From Escherichia coli (GTDB lineage Bacteria; Pseudomonadota; Gammaproteobacteria; Enterobacterales; Enterobacteriaceae): a DNA stretch of 64,000 nucleotides. How positions within the stretch are numbered: the first letter of the stretch is position 1; the number at the start of each line of letters is the position of its first letter. The translations under genes and the position numbers were made by a program. Positions 9,516 through 20,023 of this stretch are shown here, piece after piece. Under the pieces are notes generated by a model. That model did not search any database and was not told where the DNA came from. It saw only the letters and a list, made by a program, of their open reading frames with translations. The DNA lies in assembly GCF_013122565.1 (NCBI RefSeq), contig NZ_CP053258.1; one strand, 5' to 3'.

Positions 9516-10604
9516 TTACACCATTGGCACTAATGAAAGCGCGTTATCGGCAGACAGGGTAGGGTTGTTTAAGCTGCCGCTGGCGCGTGAAATTGCCGCG
9601 CAGGCCATCGCAAAACGGGCGCTGTCACGGAAATTGTTTCCCTCCAGAAAGCTATATACCAGGCCCGCCATAAAACCATCGTCAGCACCAAAACTGTCTA
9701 CTGTCGTATGCGCTGGTGCGGTCAGCAAAAATTGTTCTCCATCCTTTTCGCTGCAATAAACTGACTCATCGGGCAAATAAACAAACAGTTGCTGAACACC
9801 TTGCTGATGCAACGCATTCACTGCGGCATTACGGTCAACATCGCTGGTGATCGCCTGTCCCCATAAAATTTCCAGCTCCGGTAAAGTGGGTTTCAGGGTA
9901 TGAATATGCGCCAGCCAGTGTTTGATTTTGCCCGCTTTGAATTCTGAAACGGTATCGACAAACACCGGGATCTCATCAGCGAGGGTAAAGACCCATTCCA
10001 GCGCCTCGGCTGTCAGGTTGCAATCAGCCAGTACCACGCCCGCATGACGAAGTAAATCGCGCGACCCGTTCAGTAGTTGCGGTGTCAACTGTTCCAGCAG
10101 ATGGGTATCGTTAATCGCCAGCACGGTTTGATCGTCTCGATTGGCAATTGCCAGATACGTCGATGTGCTTTGACCATGCAAACGAACGCAGCCGGAGACA
10201 TTCACGCCGGCACGGCGCGTTTCTTCCAGGAGCATTTCGCCATAAAAGTCATCGCCAATCACTGAAAGCAAATGGACGTCGCGGCCTAACAGCGCCAGAT
10301 TGTGGGCGATATTGCGTCCAACGCCGCCCGCCGAGCAATGAATTGTACCGGGATGAGAAGCCGCTTGCGGGTAACGGATATCCGCCATCCCGCGAATATC
10401 CATATTGATTGTCCCCACCACTACGCAGTATTCCTGCTCGGTGAGAATGTAACCTTTGCCTTTAATCCGGCCTTTGCGCATTAAATCCATAATATGCGCC
10501 GCAACGCGCGAACGACTGATTTGCAGCATGTCCGCAATTTCGTTCTGCTGAATCAGCGGGTTACGCCGTAAAATTGCAAGGATCTCCTTTTCCCGGTTAT
10601 TCAT
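9516..10604 (-). CDS. yeiI: HTH-fused PfkB-family carbohydrate/nucleoside kinase (uncharacterised)
   Basis: 362-aa ORF: N-terminal winged-HTH-like segment (MNNREKEILAILRRNPLIQQNEIADMLQISRSRV) fused to a PfkB kinase domain paralogous to psuK; matches YeiI. Confidence 0.88.
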   Translation of the reverse strand: MNNREKEILAILRRNPLIQQNEIADMLQISRSRVAAHIMDLMRKGRIKGKGYILTEQEYCVVVGTINMDIRGMADIRYPQAASHPGTIHCSAGGVGRNIAHNLALLGRDVHLLSVIGDDFYGEMLLEETRRAGVNVSGCVRLHGQSTSTYLAIANRDDQTVLAINDTHLLEQLTPQLLNGSRDLLRHAGVVLADCNLTAEALEWVFTLADEIPVFVDTVSEFKAGKIKHWLAHIHTLKPTLPELEILWGQAITSDVDRNAAVNALHQQGVQQLFVYLPDESVYCSEKDGEQFLLTAPAHTTVDSFGADDGFMAGLVYSFLEGNNFRDSARFAMACAAISRASGSLNNPTLSADNALSLVPMV

Positions 10605-10606
10605 CT

Positions 10607-11464
10607 TCAGGCTACCGCTTTTTCAGTTTGTTGCGCTTTCAGCCAGGCGATCTCTTCTGCCCAGATATCCGGGTTGATGGTTTCAAGGATCAGCGGAATG
10701 CCGTCGAAACGGTCATCCTGCATGATCCAGCGGAACGCATCATGACCGATATTGCCTTCACCGAGGCTATGATGGCGGTCAACGCGGCTGCCAAAGGTGC
10801 TTTTCGCATCGTTAAGGTGCATCCCGCGCAGATACTTAAAGCCGACAATACGGGCAAAATCAGCGAACGTTTTCTCGCATTCGGCTGGAGTACGCAAATC
10901 ATACCCGGCAGCGAAAGCATGGCAGGTATCAATGCAGACGCCGACACGGGATTTATCTTCCACGCCGTCGATAATTGCCGCGAGATGTTCGAATTTAAAC
11001 CCTAAGTTACTACCCTGACCGGCGGTGTTTTCAATCACCGCGGTCACACCTTGAGTTTTATCCAGCGCAATGTTGATGGATTCGGCAATACGCGCAAGGC
11101 AATCCTCTTCTGAAATCTGCATCAGATGGCTGCCAGGGTGGAAGTTGAGCAAAGAAAGCTCCAGCTGTTCGCAACGCTGCATTTCATCTATAAAGGCATC
11201 GCGCGATTTTTCCAGAGCTTCAGTGACCGGATGTCCGAGGTTAATCAGATAGCTGTCGTGGGGAAGAATTTGCGCCGATGTGTAGTGATATTTTTCACAG
11301 GCGGCTTTGAATTCATCGATGGTTTGCGTCGTGAGCGGTGCGGCACGCCACTGACGTTGGTTTTTGGTGAACAAGGCAAACGCGGTTGCGTCGATTTCGG
11401 CGGCGCGAATTGCGGCATTTGCCAGACCGCCAGCAGCACTAACGTGCGCTCCAATGTATTTCAT
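10607..11464 (-). CDS. nfo: Endonuclease IV (AP endonuclease)
   Basis: 285-aa [24 protein letters not shown]...; matches Nfo; 2-nt gap to yeiI downstream on the same strand. Confidence 0.95.
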   Translation of the reverse strand: MKYIGAHVSAAGGLANAAIRAAEIDATAFALFTKNQRQWRAAPLTTQTIDEFKAACEKYHYTSAQILPHDSYLINLGHPVTEALEKSRDAFIDEMQRCEQLELSLLNFHPGSHLMQISEEDCLARIAESINIALDKTQGVTAVIENTAGQGSNLGFKFEHLAAIIDGVEDKSRVGVCIDTCHAFAAGYDLRTPAECEKTFADFARIVGFKYLRGMHLNDAKSTFGSRVDRHHSLGEGNIGHDAFRWIMQDDRFDGIPLILETINPDIWAEEIAWLKAQQTEKAVA

Positions 11465-11537
11465 GCGAGGACTCCTGTTAAACCCGCTGGAGGAAAACGG
11501 TAATGATAGCGGGTTAACAGGAGCAAGATGTAGTGGT

Positions 11538-12587
11538 TTATGCGATGACGCTTTGAATCACATAGTTAATCGCACCACCACCAACAATCAGCCAGGCAAA
11601 CAGTACCAGTGCCATCAGCAGAGGTTTCGCCCCGGCTTTTTTCAGCGCGCTGACGTGAGTGGTCAGACCCAGCGCCGCCATCGCCATTGCCAGCAGGAAG
11701 GTATCCAGCGTTACCAGCATGTTCACCACGCTCTGCGGTAACAGGTGGAACGAGTTAAAGATGGCAACTACGATGAACAAGATGGCAAACCACGGAATAG
11801 TGATTTTGCTTTTCTCGCCGCTGTTCGCCCCAGACAGCTGTTTAACACGCGCCGCCAGCAGGATGAGGAACGGAGCCAGCATCATCACGCGCAGCATTTT
11901 GGAAATAACTGCTGCGTTTTCCGCATCCGGGCTGATGGCATGACCTGCCGCCACCACCTGCGCCACTTCGTGCACAGTAGAACCAATGTAGATACCGAAA
12001 GTTTCCGGACTAAACCATTGAGACATCAGCGGATATATCGCCGGGTAGAGGAAAATCGCGACGGTCCCGAAGATAACAACGGTTGCAACAGCCACGGTTA
12101 CTTTACTGGCTTCCGCTTTCACTACCGGCTCAGTCGCCAGTACCGCGGCAGCACCACAGATACTGCTACCGGCACCGATCAACCAGCTGGTGTGCTTATC
12201 CAGACCAAACACTTTCTGTCCCAGGAAGCAAGCCAGCAGGAAGGTACTGGACAGCGTCAACACGTCAATGATGATCCCACTGATACCGACATCGGCAATT
12301 TGCGAGAACGTCAGACGGAAGCCATAAAGAATGATACCCAGACGTAATAAATATTGCTTGGCAAACAGCACACCACCGTCACAGCTTTTCCAGATGTGCG
12401 GATAGATGGTGTTGCCTAAAACCATCCCCAACAAAATTGCGAGGGTGAGGGCACTAAACCCGGCACCCGCAACCGCGGGAATGGAACCACCCCACAGGGC
12501 GACCCCGGTGATAACTGCACTCAGGGCTAACCCCGGAATAAAATGCCACAGTGTACGATGTTGTTTCTGTAAGGTGATATTCGTCAT
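11538..12587 (-). CDS. yeiH: UPF0324 inner-membrane protein YeiH
   Basis: 349-aa polytopic membrane ORF matching YeiH; divergent from the LysR-type gene yeiE. Confidence 0.9.
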   Translation of the reverse strand: MTNITLQKQHRTLWHFIPGLALSAVITGVALWGGSIPAVAGAGFSALTLAILLGMVLGNTIYPHIWKSCDGGVLFAKQYLLRLGIILYGFRLTFSQIADVGISGIIIDVLTLSSTFLLACFLGQKVFGLDKHTSWLIGAGSSICGAAAVLATEPVVKAEASKVTVAVATVVIFGTVAIFLYPAIYPLMSQWFSPETFGIYIGSTVHEVAQVVAAGHAISPDAENAAVISKMLRVMMLAPFLILLAARVKQLSGANSGEKSKITIPWFAILFIVVAIFNSFHLLPQSVVNMLVTLDTFLLAMAMAALGLTTHVSALKKAGAKPLLMALVLFAWLIVGGGAINYVIQSVIA

Positions 12588-12640
12588 AACCCTCTCCTTT
12601 ATCCGGGCATAAGGTTACGACTAACTGGTTTAAAAATAAA

Positions 12641-12664
12641 ATTGATTATATATTTATAATCAAT
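12641..12664. promoter_or_regulatory. Perfect 24-bp palindrome in the yeiH/yeiE divergent promoter (putative LysR-type YeiE operator)
   Basis: ATTGATTATA-tatt-TATAATCAAT, 10-bp perfect arms; contains TATAAT hexamers on both strands; 22 nt upstream of the yeiE ATG. Confidence 0.45.
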
Positions 12665-12685
12665 CTTTATAAGTGGTAAGCGACT

Positions 12686-13567
12686 ATGCACATCACCCTC
12701 CGGCAGTTGGAAGTTTTTGCAGAAGTATTGAAAAGTGGATCAACCACCCAGGCGTCGGTGATGCTGGCGTTGTCGCAATCAGCAGTGAGCGCAGCCTTGA
12801 CCGACCTGGAAGGGCAGCTTGGCGTTCAACTGTTTGATCGCGTGGGGAAAAGACTGGTTGTTAATGAACACGGGCGGCTGCTCTATCCGCGTGCGTTGGC
12901 ACTGCTTGAACAGGCGGTTGAAATCGAACAACTGTTTCGTGAAGACAACGGCGCGATTCGTATCTATGCCAGTAGTACCATCGGTAACTACATTCTGCCT
13001 GCAGTCATTGCCCGTTATCGCCATGATTATCCGCAGTTGCCGATTGAACTTAGCGTTGGGAACAGCCAGGACGTGATGCAAGCGGTACTGGATTTCCGCG
13101 TTGATATTGGCTTTATTGAAGGACCGTGCCACAGCACTGAAATCATTTCTGAACCGTGGCTGGAAGACGAGCTGGTGGTTTTCGCCGCGCCGACTTCGCC
13201 GTTGGCCCGTGGTCCGGTCACCTTAGAACAGCTGGCCGCTGCGCCGTGGATCCTGCGTGAACGCGGTTCCGGCACGCGAGAGATTGTCGATTATCTGTTG
13301 CTGTCACATTTACCGAAGTTTGAGATGGCGATGGAATTAGGTAACTCCGAGGCAATCAAACATGCGGTGCGTCATGGGTTGGGAATTAGTTGCCTGTCGC
13401 GACGGGTGATTGAAGATCAATTGCAGGCAGGCACATTAAGTGAAGTTGCGGTCCCTCTGCCGCGCCTGATGCGTACGTTGTGGCGTATACATCATCGGCA
13501 AAAACACCTTTCCAACGCGCTACGGCGCTTCCTGGACTATTGCGATCCCGCGAATGTCCCGCGTTAA
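12686..13567 (+). CDS. yeiE: LysR-family transcriptional regulator YeiE
   Basis: 293-aa ORF with N-terminal LysR HTH ([42 protein letters not shown]); matches YeiE. Confidence 0.92.
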
Positions 13568-13771
13568 GTTGCTGTACAAGAACATGCTGGTGCTGTGTCG
13601 ATTTCGTGACGCAGCGCCCTCAGCATGCATTCGCCAGAAAAGAGATTGGCTGCTTTACTTATAATCCCTGGGCGATCATGAAGGTGTCTTATAACCGTGC
13701 ATTTCTGCCGGAAGGATTGCCAATCGTCTGCTACAATCGCGCCTCATTTTTAAGATGGATAGCATTTTTGT

Positions 13772-15241
13772 ATGGTTTCCGAAACTAAAACCACAGAAGC
13801 GCCGGGCTTACGCCGTGAATTAAAGGCGCGTCACCTGACGATGATTGCCATTGGCGGTTCCATCGGTACAGGTCTTTTTGTTGCCTCTGGCGCAACGATT
13901 TCTCAGGCAGGTCCGGGCGGGGCATTGCTCTCGTATATGCTGATTGGCCTGATGGTTTACTTCCTGATGACCAGTCTCGGTGAACTGGCTGCATATATGC
14001 CGGTTTCCGGTTCGTTTGCCACTTATGGTCAGAACTATGTTGAAGAAGGCTTTGGCTTCGCGCTGGGCTGGAACTACTGGTACAACTGGGCGGTGACTAT
14101 CGCCGTTGACCTGGTTGCAGCTCAGCTGGTCATGAGCTGGTGGTTCCCGGATACACCGGGCTGGATCTGGAGTGCGCTGTTCCTCGGCGTTATCTTCCTG
14201 CTGAACTACATCTCAGTTCGTGGCTTTGGTGAAGCGGAATACTGGTTCTCACTGATCAAAGTCACGACAGTTATTGTCTTTATCATCGTTGGCGTGCTGA
14301 TGATTATCGGTATCTTCAAAGGCGCGCAGCCTGCGGGCTGGAGCAACTGGACAATCGGCGAAGCGCCGTTTGCTGGTGGTTTTGCGGCGATGATCGGCGT
14401 AGCTATGATTGTCGGCTTCTCTTTCCAGGGAACCGAGCTGATCGGTATTGCTGCAGGCGAGTCCGAAGATCCGGCGAAAAACATTCCACGCGCGGTACGT
14501 CAGGTGTTCTGGCGAATCCTGTTGTTCTATGTGTTCGCGATCCTGATTATCAGCCTGATTATTCCGTACACCGATCCGAGCCTGCTGCGTAACGATGTTA
14601 AAGACATCAGCGTCAGTCCGTTCACCCTGGTGTTCCAGCACGCGGGTCTGCTCTCTGCGGCGGCGGTGATGAACGCAGTTATTCTGACGGCGGTGCTGTC
14701 AGCAGGTAACTCCGGTATGTATGCGTCTACTCGTATGCTGTACACCCTGGCGTGTGACGGTAAAGCGCCGCGCATTTTCGCTAAACTGTCGCGTGGTGGC
14801 GTGCCGCGTAATGCGCTGTATGCGACGACGGTGATTGCCGGTCTGTGCTTCCTGACCTCCATGTTTGGCAACCAGACGGTATACCTGTGGCTGCTGAACA
14901 CCTCCGGGATGACCGGTTTTATCGCCTGGCTGGGGATTGCCATTAGCCACTATCGCTTCCGTCGCGGTTACGTATTGCAGGGACACGACATTAACGATCT
15001 GCCGTACCGTTCAGGTTTCTTCCCATTGGGGCCGATCTTCGCATTCATTCTGTGTCTGATTATCACTTTGGGCCAGAACTACGAAGCGTTCCTGAAAGAT
15101 ACCATCGACTGGGGCGGCGTAGCGGCAACGTATATTGGTATCCCGCTGTTCCTGATTATTTGGTTCGGCTACAAGCTGATTAAAGGAACTCACTTCGTAC
15201 GTTACAGCGAAATGAAGTTCCCGCAGAACGATAAGAAATAA
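13772..15241 (+). CDS. lysP: Lysine-specific permease (APC family)
   Basis: 489-aa ORF MVSETKTTEAPGLRRELKARHLTMIAIGG...; matches LysP. Confidence 0.95.
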   Translation: MVSETKTTEAPGLRRELKARHLTMIAIGGSIGTGLFVASGATISQAGPGGALLSYMLIGLMVYFLMTSLGELAAYMPVSGSFATYGQNYVEEGFGFALGWNYWYNWAVTIAVDLVAAQLVMSWWFPDTPGWIWSALFLGVIFLLNYISVRGFGEAEYWFSLIKVTTVIVFIIVGVLMIIGIFKGAQPAGWSNWTIGEAPFAGGFAAMIGVAMIVGFSFQGTELIGIAAGESEDPAKNIPRAVRQVFWRILLFYVFAILIISLIIPYTDPSLLRNDVKDISVSPFTLVFQHAGLLSAAAVMNAVILTAVLSAGNSGMYASTRMLYTLACDGKAPRIFAKLSRGGVPRNALYATTVIAGLCFLTSMFGNQTVYLWLLNTSGMTGFIAWLGIAISHYRFRRGYVLQGHDINDLPYRSGFFPLGPIFAFILCLIITLGQNYEAFLKDTIDWGGVAATYIGIPLFLIIWFGYKLIKGTHFVRYSEMKFPQNDKK

Positions 15242-15261
15242 GTTTCCTCCCTTCCTTGCTA

Positions 15262-15288
15262 AGCCCTCTCAACCGAGAGGGCTTTTTC
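15262..15288 (+). terminator. Intrinsic terminator of lysP
   Basis: Stem agccctctc / gagagggct with aacc loop, then TTTTT. Confidence 0.8.
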
Positions 15289-15336
15289 AATTCCATTTCC
15301 CTGACAAATCATGCGGATATAAAATTTAACATTTGG

Positions 15337-15366
15337 ATTGATAATTGTTATCGTTTGCATTATCGT
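15337..15366 (+). promoter_or_regulatory. Fur box in the cirA promoter
   Basis: attgATAATTGTTATCgtttgcATTATCg: overlapping GATAAT/ATTATC hexamers typical of Fur sites, about 170 nt upstream of the cirA ATG. Confidence 0.7.
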
Positions 15367-15533
15367 TACGCCGCAATCAAAAAAGGCTGACAAATCAGAG
15401 GCTGTTCCGGCTTTCTGGGATGATCACCTGCATACAAATAAGTCCACCGCGATGCTGCCGTACGCAAGGGGACGTGAAGAAGATGTGAGCGATAACCCAT
15501 TTTATTTTCGTAGTTACCTCATGGAGATATGGA

Positions 15534-17513
15534 ATGTTTAGGTTGAACCCTTTCGTACGGGTCGGGCTGTGTTTGTCCGCTATTTCTTGTGCATGGCCTG
15601 TGTTAGCGGTCGATGATGATGGCGAAACGATGGTTGTCACTGCATCTTCCGTTGAACAAAACCTTAAAGATGCACCTGCCAGTATCAGCGTCATTACCCA
15701 GGAAGACCTGCAGCGAAAACCGGTACAGAATCTGAAGGATGTCCTCAAAGAAGTGCCTGGCGTACAACTGACGAACGAAGGGGATAACCGTAAGGGCGTT
15801 AGTATTCGTGGTCTGGACAGCAGCTATACCCTGATTCTTGTCGACGGTAAACGCGTTAACTCCCGCAATGCCGTCTTCCGCCACAATGATTTCGATCTGA
15901 ACTGGATCCCGGTCGATTCCATCGAACGTATTGAAGTGGTTCGTGGCCCGATGTCGTCGCTGTACGGTTCCGATGCGCTCGGCGGTGTTGTGAATATCAT
16001 CACCAAAAAAATCGGTCAGAAATGGTCGGGTACCGTTACCGTCGATACCACCATTCAGGAACATCGCGATCGCGGTGATACCTATAACGGTCAGTTCTTT
16101 GCCAGCGGACCATTAATTGACGGTGTGCTGGGAATGAAAGCTTACGGCAGCCTGGCAAAACGTGAAAAGGATGATCCGCAAAACTCAACGACCACCGATA
16201 CTGGAGAAACGCCGCGTATTGAAGGATTCTCCAGCCGCGACGGCAATGTCGAATTTGCCTGGACACCGAATCAAAATCACGATTTTACTGCCGGATACGG
16301 TTTCGACCGTCAGGATCGTGATTCCGACTCGCTGGACAAAAACCGCCTGGAACGCCAGAACTACTCCGTCAGCCATAATGGGCGTTGGGATTACGGCACC
16401 AGCGAACTGAAATACTACGGTGAGAAAGTCGAGAACAAAAACCCTGGCAACAGCAGCCCGATAACTTCCGAAAGCAATACGGTCGACGGCAAATACACGT
16501 TGCCGCTGACGGCGATTAATCAGTTTCTCACAGTTGGCGGTGAATGGCGTCACGACAAACTTAGCGATGCGGTGAACCTGACCGGGGGAACCAGCTCCAA
16601 AACGTCTGCCAGCCAGTACGCGCTGTTTGTGGAAGATGAATGGCGGATCTTCGAGCCGCTGGCGCTGACGACCGGCGTACGTATGGACGATCATGAAACC
16701 TACGGTGAACACTGGAGTCCGCGTGCCTACCTGGTTTATAACGCCACCGACACCGTAACGGTGAAAGGGGGCTGGGCGACGGCATTTAAAGCGCCTTCTC
16801 TGTTGCAACTTAGCCCTGACTGGACGAGCAATTCCTGCCGTGGCGCATGTAAGATTGTGGGTAGCCCGGATCTGAAACCAGAAACCAGCGAAAGTTGGGA
16901 GCTGGGGCTTTACTATATGGGTGAAGAAGGCTGGCTGGAAGGGGTTGAATCCAGCGTTACCGTTTTCCGTAACGATGTGAAAGATCGCATCAGCATCAGC
17001 CGTACGTCTGACGTCAATGCTGCACCGGGCTACCAAAACTTTGTCGGTTTTACAGCGGGCGGTGTGCCGGTATTCAGCTACTACAACGTTAACAAAGCAC
17101 GTATTCAGGGCGTGGAAACCGAACTGAAAATTCCGTTCAACGATGAATGGAAACTGTCACTCAACTACACCTACAACGATGGTCGTGATGTCAGCAACGG
17201 CGAAAATAAACCGCTATCCGATCTGCCGTTCCATACTGCTAACGGTACGCTGGACTGGAAACCGCTGGCGCTGGAAGACTGGTCATTCTATGTTTCTGGT
17301 CACTATACCGGGCAGAAACGAGCCGACAGCGCGACGGCTAAAACACCGGGCGGTTATACCATCTGGAATACCGGCGCGGCCTGGCAGGTGACCAAAGATG
17401 TCAAACTGCGCGCAGGCGTGCTGAACCTTGGCGACAAGGATCTCAGTCGTGACGACTACAGCTATAACGAAGACGGACGTCGTTACTTTATGGCAGTGGA
17501 TTATCGCTTCTGA
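15534..17513 (+). CDS. cirA: TonB-dependent catecholate siderophore / colicin I receptor
   Basis: 659-aa ORF with signal peptide, TonB box (ETMVVTAS) and C-terminal ...AVDYRF; matches CirA. Confidence 0.95.
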   Translation: MFRLNPFVRVGLCLSAISCAWPVLAVDDDGETMVVTASSVEQNLKDAPASISVITQEDLQRKPVQNLKDVLKEVPGVQLTNEGDNRKGVSIRGLDSSYTLILVDGKRVNSRNAVFRHNDFDLNWIPVDSIERIEVVRGPMSSLYGSDALGGVVNIITKKIGQKWSGTVTVDTTIQEHRDRGDTYNGQFFASGPLIDGVLGMKAYGSLAKREKDDPQNSTTTDTGETPRIEGFSSRDGNVEFAWTPNQNHDFTAGYGFDRQDRDSDSLDKNRLERQNYSVSHNGRWDYGTSELKYYGEKVENKNPGNSSPITSESNTVDGKYTLPLTAINQFLTVGGEWRHDKLSDAVNLTGGTSSKTSASQYALFVEDEWRIFEPLALTTGVRMDDHETYGEHWSPRAYLVYNATDTVTVKGGWATAFKAPSLLQLSPDWTSNSCRGACKIVGSPDLKPETSESWELGLYYMGEEGWLEGVESSVTVFRNDVKDRISISRTSDVNAAPGYQNFVGFTAGGVPVFSYYNVNKARIQGVETELKIPFNDEWKLSLNYTYNDGRDVSNGENKPLSDLPFHTANGTLDWKPLALEDWSFYVSGHYTGQKRADSATAKTPGGYTIWNTGAAWQVTKDVKLRAGVLNLGDKDLSRDDYSYNEDGRRYFMAVDYRF

Positions 17514-17520
17514 TGAGAAG

Positions 17521-17547
17521 ATGCCCGGCGCGGATCCTGCCGGGCAT
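17521..17547. terminator. GC-rich hairpin between convergent cirA and the island transporter (possible bidirectional terminator, no U-tract)
   Basis: atgcccggc gcggatcct gccgggcat: 9-bp perfect stem. Confidence 0.35.
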
Positions 17548-17571
17548 AATGCCAGAAATTCGGTTCTGGAT

Positions 17572-18894
17572 TTATAACCGATGAAATTTTGCCAGTAAGG
17601 CCAGTGAAAATGTTGTCAGCAAAATGGTAATGACGGCGTAAATATACACGCCTGACCATTCCCAACTGTTTTTCACCATAATAACTGGAAGCCCTGCCAT
17701 TGCCGCGCCTACATAACTAAATAAGCCCCTGAACCCAGTAATGGAACCTGCCGCATCTTTATGCGTAACATCAAGACATCCGACAGCGAATAACATATGT
17801 GGTCCATATAATGCAAACCCCATGATTGTAAAAAGAATAGCCGTTAATGTGTAGGAGACGTCCTGCACCAGCGGCACGAGAACGATGCAAATACATAAGG
17901 CGATGGCAAACATTAATCCGGTCATCCAGCGGTTACTTTTAAACATAAAATCGGACAAGTACCCCGCCAGTAATCCCCCTGCAAGTCCACCTGCTTCAAA
18001 CCAGGATATAATGGAGTTCGCTTTAATCAGGCTCCAGTTATGAACCTGAGAATAATAAATTTGTGGCCAGTCATTGAGGATGGTGCGTGCAATATAGACT
18101 GACATATCCCCGAGGATAATCAGCCAAACTAATGGGTTGGTAAGAATATATTTAATGAAAATTTGCCAAAAACTCAGATCTACCGGGCTTGCTTTAACTT
18201 GTGCAAGTTCTGTCGGGTCGTTGCGCCACTTACCTACGTTAGGCAAACCGAGTGTGCCAGGACGATCTTTAATCGTAAACAGGGCAACAACCCCCATAAT
18301 CAGCGATATTACACCCGGAACATAAAAGCCCATTTTCCAGCTGCCACTAAAAGCAATGGCAAAGCTTGTCAGGAGAGGCGCAAGACTACCGCCAATATTA
18401 TGCGCCGCTTCAACAACTGCCCACCAGCGCCCGCGTTCATTTTTAGAAAACCACGAGGCCATAATTTTTGCCATCGGCGGAAAACTGGTACCCTGAAGAA
18501 TAGCATTAAGGCTATACAGGATATAGAACGCAGCAACGCTGTCTGAAAAACCGAAAAGAATGTTAACAATACCGACGCCAATAAGTACGGGGCCGGTCAT
18601 TGCGCGTGGGTTAATTTTATCGACTAACATGCCCCCTACAAACTTCATGGAGCCATAAAGAATGTAAAAGACCGACGACATGATAGCGAAATCTTGTGCG
18701 GTTAATGACGTATCCGTCAACATCGCCGGCATGGCCGCAGAGAAATTCTTGCGGGTTAAATAAAATACGGCATAAGAGATAAATACAGAGGTGATGATTT
18801 CAATACGAAATTTTTTATAAGTATGATCAACTTCTTCTTTCGGTTTGACCACTGGTTGGTCGGCCTGGCTGAAAATAAATTTTTTCAAGCTCAT
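17572..18894 (-). CDS. Organophosphate:phosphate antiporter family MFS transporter (GlpT/UhpT/PgtP-like); accessory
   Basis: 440-aa 12-TM ORF; N-terminal VDHTYKKFRIEII and YLTRKNF, WFSKNERGRWWAVVEAAHNIGG and YGPHMLF closely parallel GlpT/PgtP signature regions recalled from E. coli/Salmonella; RBS aaggaaa before the ATG. Confidence 0.8.
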   Translation of the reverse strand: MSLKKFIFSQADQPVVKPKEEVDHTYKKFRIEIITSVFISYAVFYLTRKNFSAAMPAMLTDTSLTAQDFAIMSSVFYILYGSMKFVGGMLVDKINPRAMTGPVLIGVGIVNILFGFSDSVAAFYILYSLNAILQGTSFPPMAKIMASWFSKNERGRWWAVVEAAHNIGGSLAPLLTSFAIAFSGSWKMGFYVPGVISLIMGVVALFTIKDRPGTLGLPNVGKWRNDPTELAQVKASPVDLSFWQIFIKYILTNPLVWLIILGDMSVYIARTILNDWPQIYYSQVHNWSLIKANSIISWFEAGGLAGGLLAGYLSDFMFKSNRWMTGLMFAIALCICIVLVPLVQDVSYTLTAILFTIMGFALYGPHMLFAVGCLDVTHKDAAGSITGFRGLFSYVGAAMAGLPVIMVKNSWEWSGVYIYAVITILLTTFSLALLAKFHRL

Positions 18895-18926
18895 CGTGAG
18901 TTTCCTTTTCTGTGAACCTTATGGTG

Positions 18927-19814
18927 CTATAGTTTTTCTTCTATAAAAAAGAGAAGCGACTCGAAACCATTAAAATTAATCTGGTTAGTAACTTTTTCCC
19001 GGGTTTTAGGTTTTGCTTTCCATGCCACGCCATACCCGGCATGCAGAAGCATAGGAATATCATTAGCGCCATCTCCGCAGGCAATGATGTTTTCACGACA
19101 AATAGATAACTCTGTCGCCAAATTTATCAGGGTTTGCTTTTTCTTTTCTGCATTCATAATGGGAAAGGTAATTTTGTCAGTTAATAGATCTTCCTGAATG
19201 CGTACAGAGTTAGAAAATGCAAAATCAAGTTGATATTTTTCTTTTAATCTCTCAGTAAAAATATCTAAACCGCCGGATATAATTGCCGTCTTGAATCCTT
19301 TTTCTTTAAGAATGGGAAGAATAGTTTTAAGACCTGGTGAAAGGGTCATCTGTTCACAAACCTGATGCAATATATCTTTATGTGTTCCTTTAAGCATGCC
19401 AATTCGGCGGGTAAAACTGGTATCAAAATCGATTTTTCCTTCCATCGCTTCACGGGTCAGCGCGGTGATTTTTTCAGAGATCCCGAGTCTACGGGCTATT
19501 TCATCGACGCCTTCCTCTTCAACAAAGGTGGAATCCATATCAAAGGCAATAATTCCCTCAGCCGGTAAGTCCGTAGGTTTGCGGAAAAAATCAAAATGAT
19601 GATGATCAGCACGGTGACGTAAACCAGCATAAAAATCAGGATTGGTTACATCATCTGTTAATACTAGCTTTAGATACTCTTTATTTATTTGCTCACTGTA
19701 ATTCGTTGTTAACGAAAACACCGAGGATGAAACCTTTAAATGTTGCAAATAATGTTCCAGACATTTTTTGGTGATGTCGATGCCTGTTGGCGACAAGAAA
19801 TAAATAATCGTCAT
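18927..19814 (-). CDS. Phosphoserine-phosphatase-like HAD hydrolase (SerB paralogue); accessory
   Basis: 295-aa ORF with HAD motif I FDMDSTF, EAMEGKIDFDTSFTRRIGMLKG and GDGANDIPML...AWKAKPK closely paralleling E. coli SerB catalytic-domain motifs; no signal peptide. Confidence 0.8.
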   Translation of the reverse strand: MTIIYFLSPTGIDITKKCLEHYLQHLKVSSSVFSLTTNYSEQINKEYLKLVLTDDVTNPDFYAGLRHRADHHHFDFFRKPTDLPAEGIIAFDMDSTFVEEEGVDEIARRLGISEKITALTREAMEGKIDFDTSFTRRIGMLKGTHKDILHQVCEQMTLSPGLKTILPILKEKGFKTAIISGGLDIFTERLKEKYQLDFAFSNSVRIQEDLLTDKITFPIMNAEKKKQTLINLATELSICRENIIACGDGANDIPMLLHAGYGVAWKAKPKTREKVTNQINFNGFESLLFFIEEKL

Positions 19815-20023
19815 TTACCGCTCCTTTTTATCTGCAATGATTATAATAAGGTTTCGTAGCGGCTGATGTATCTAACAATCACAGTTGTGAATGTTAAATA
19901 AAAGATAAAAAAGTGCTTTTTTTGATACCCTGAAATAATAAGATACTAAAAGTACCATTTTTGATACCTTTGCCAGGATATAACGAATAACGAGTTTCAA
20001 CGTTGAAGGAATCATTTACAAAA

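Noticed and set aside
11745-12347. 200-aa ORF on the plus strand
   Set aside because: Antisense within yeiH; Arg/His-rich, no start context.
13480-13788. 102-aa ORF bridging the yeiE 3' end and the lysP start
   Set aside because: Overlaps two well-supported genes in other frames; Cys/Arg-rich.
16185-17036. 283-aa ORF on the minus strand
   Set aside because: Antisense within cirA; Arg-rich shadow ORF.
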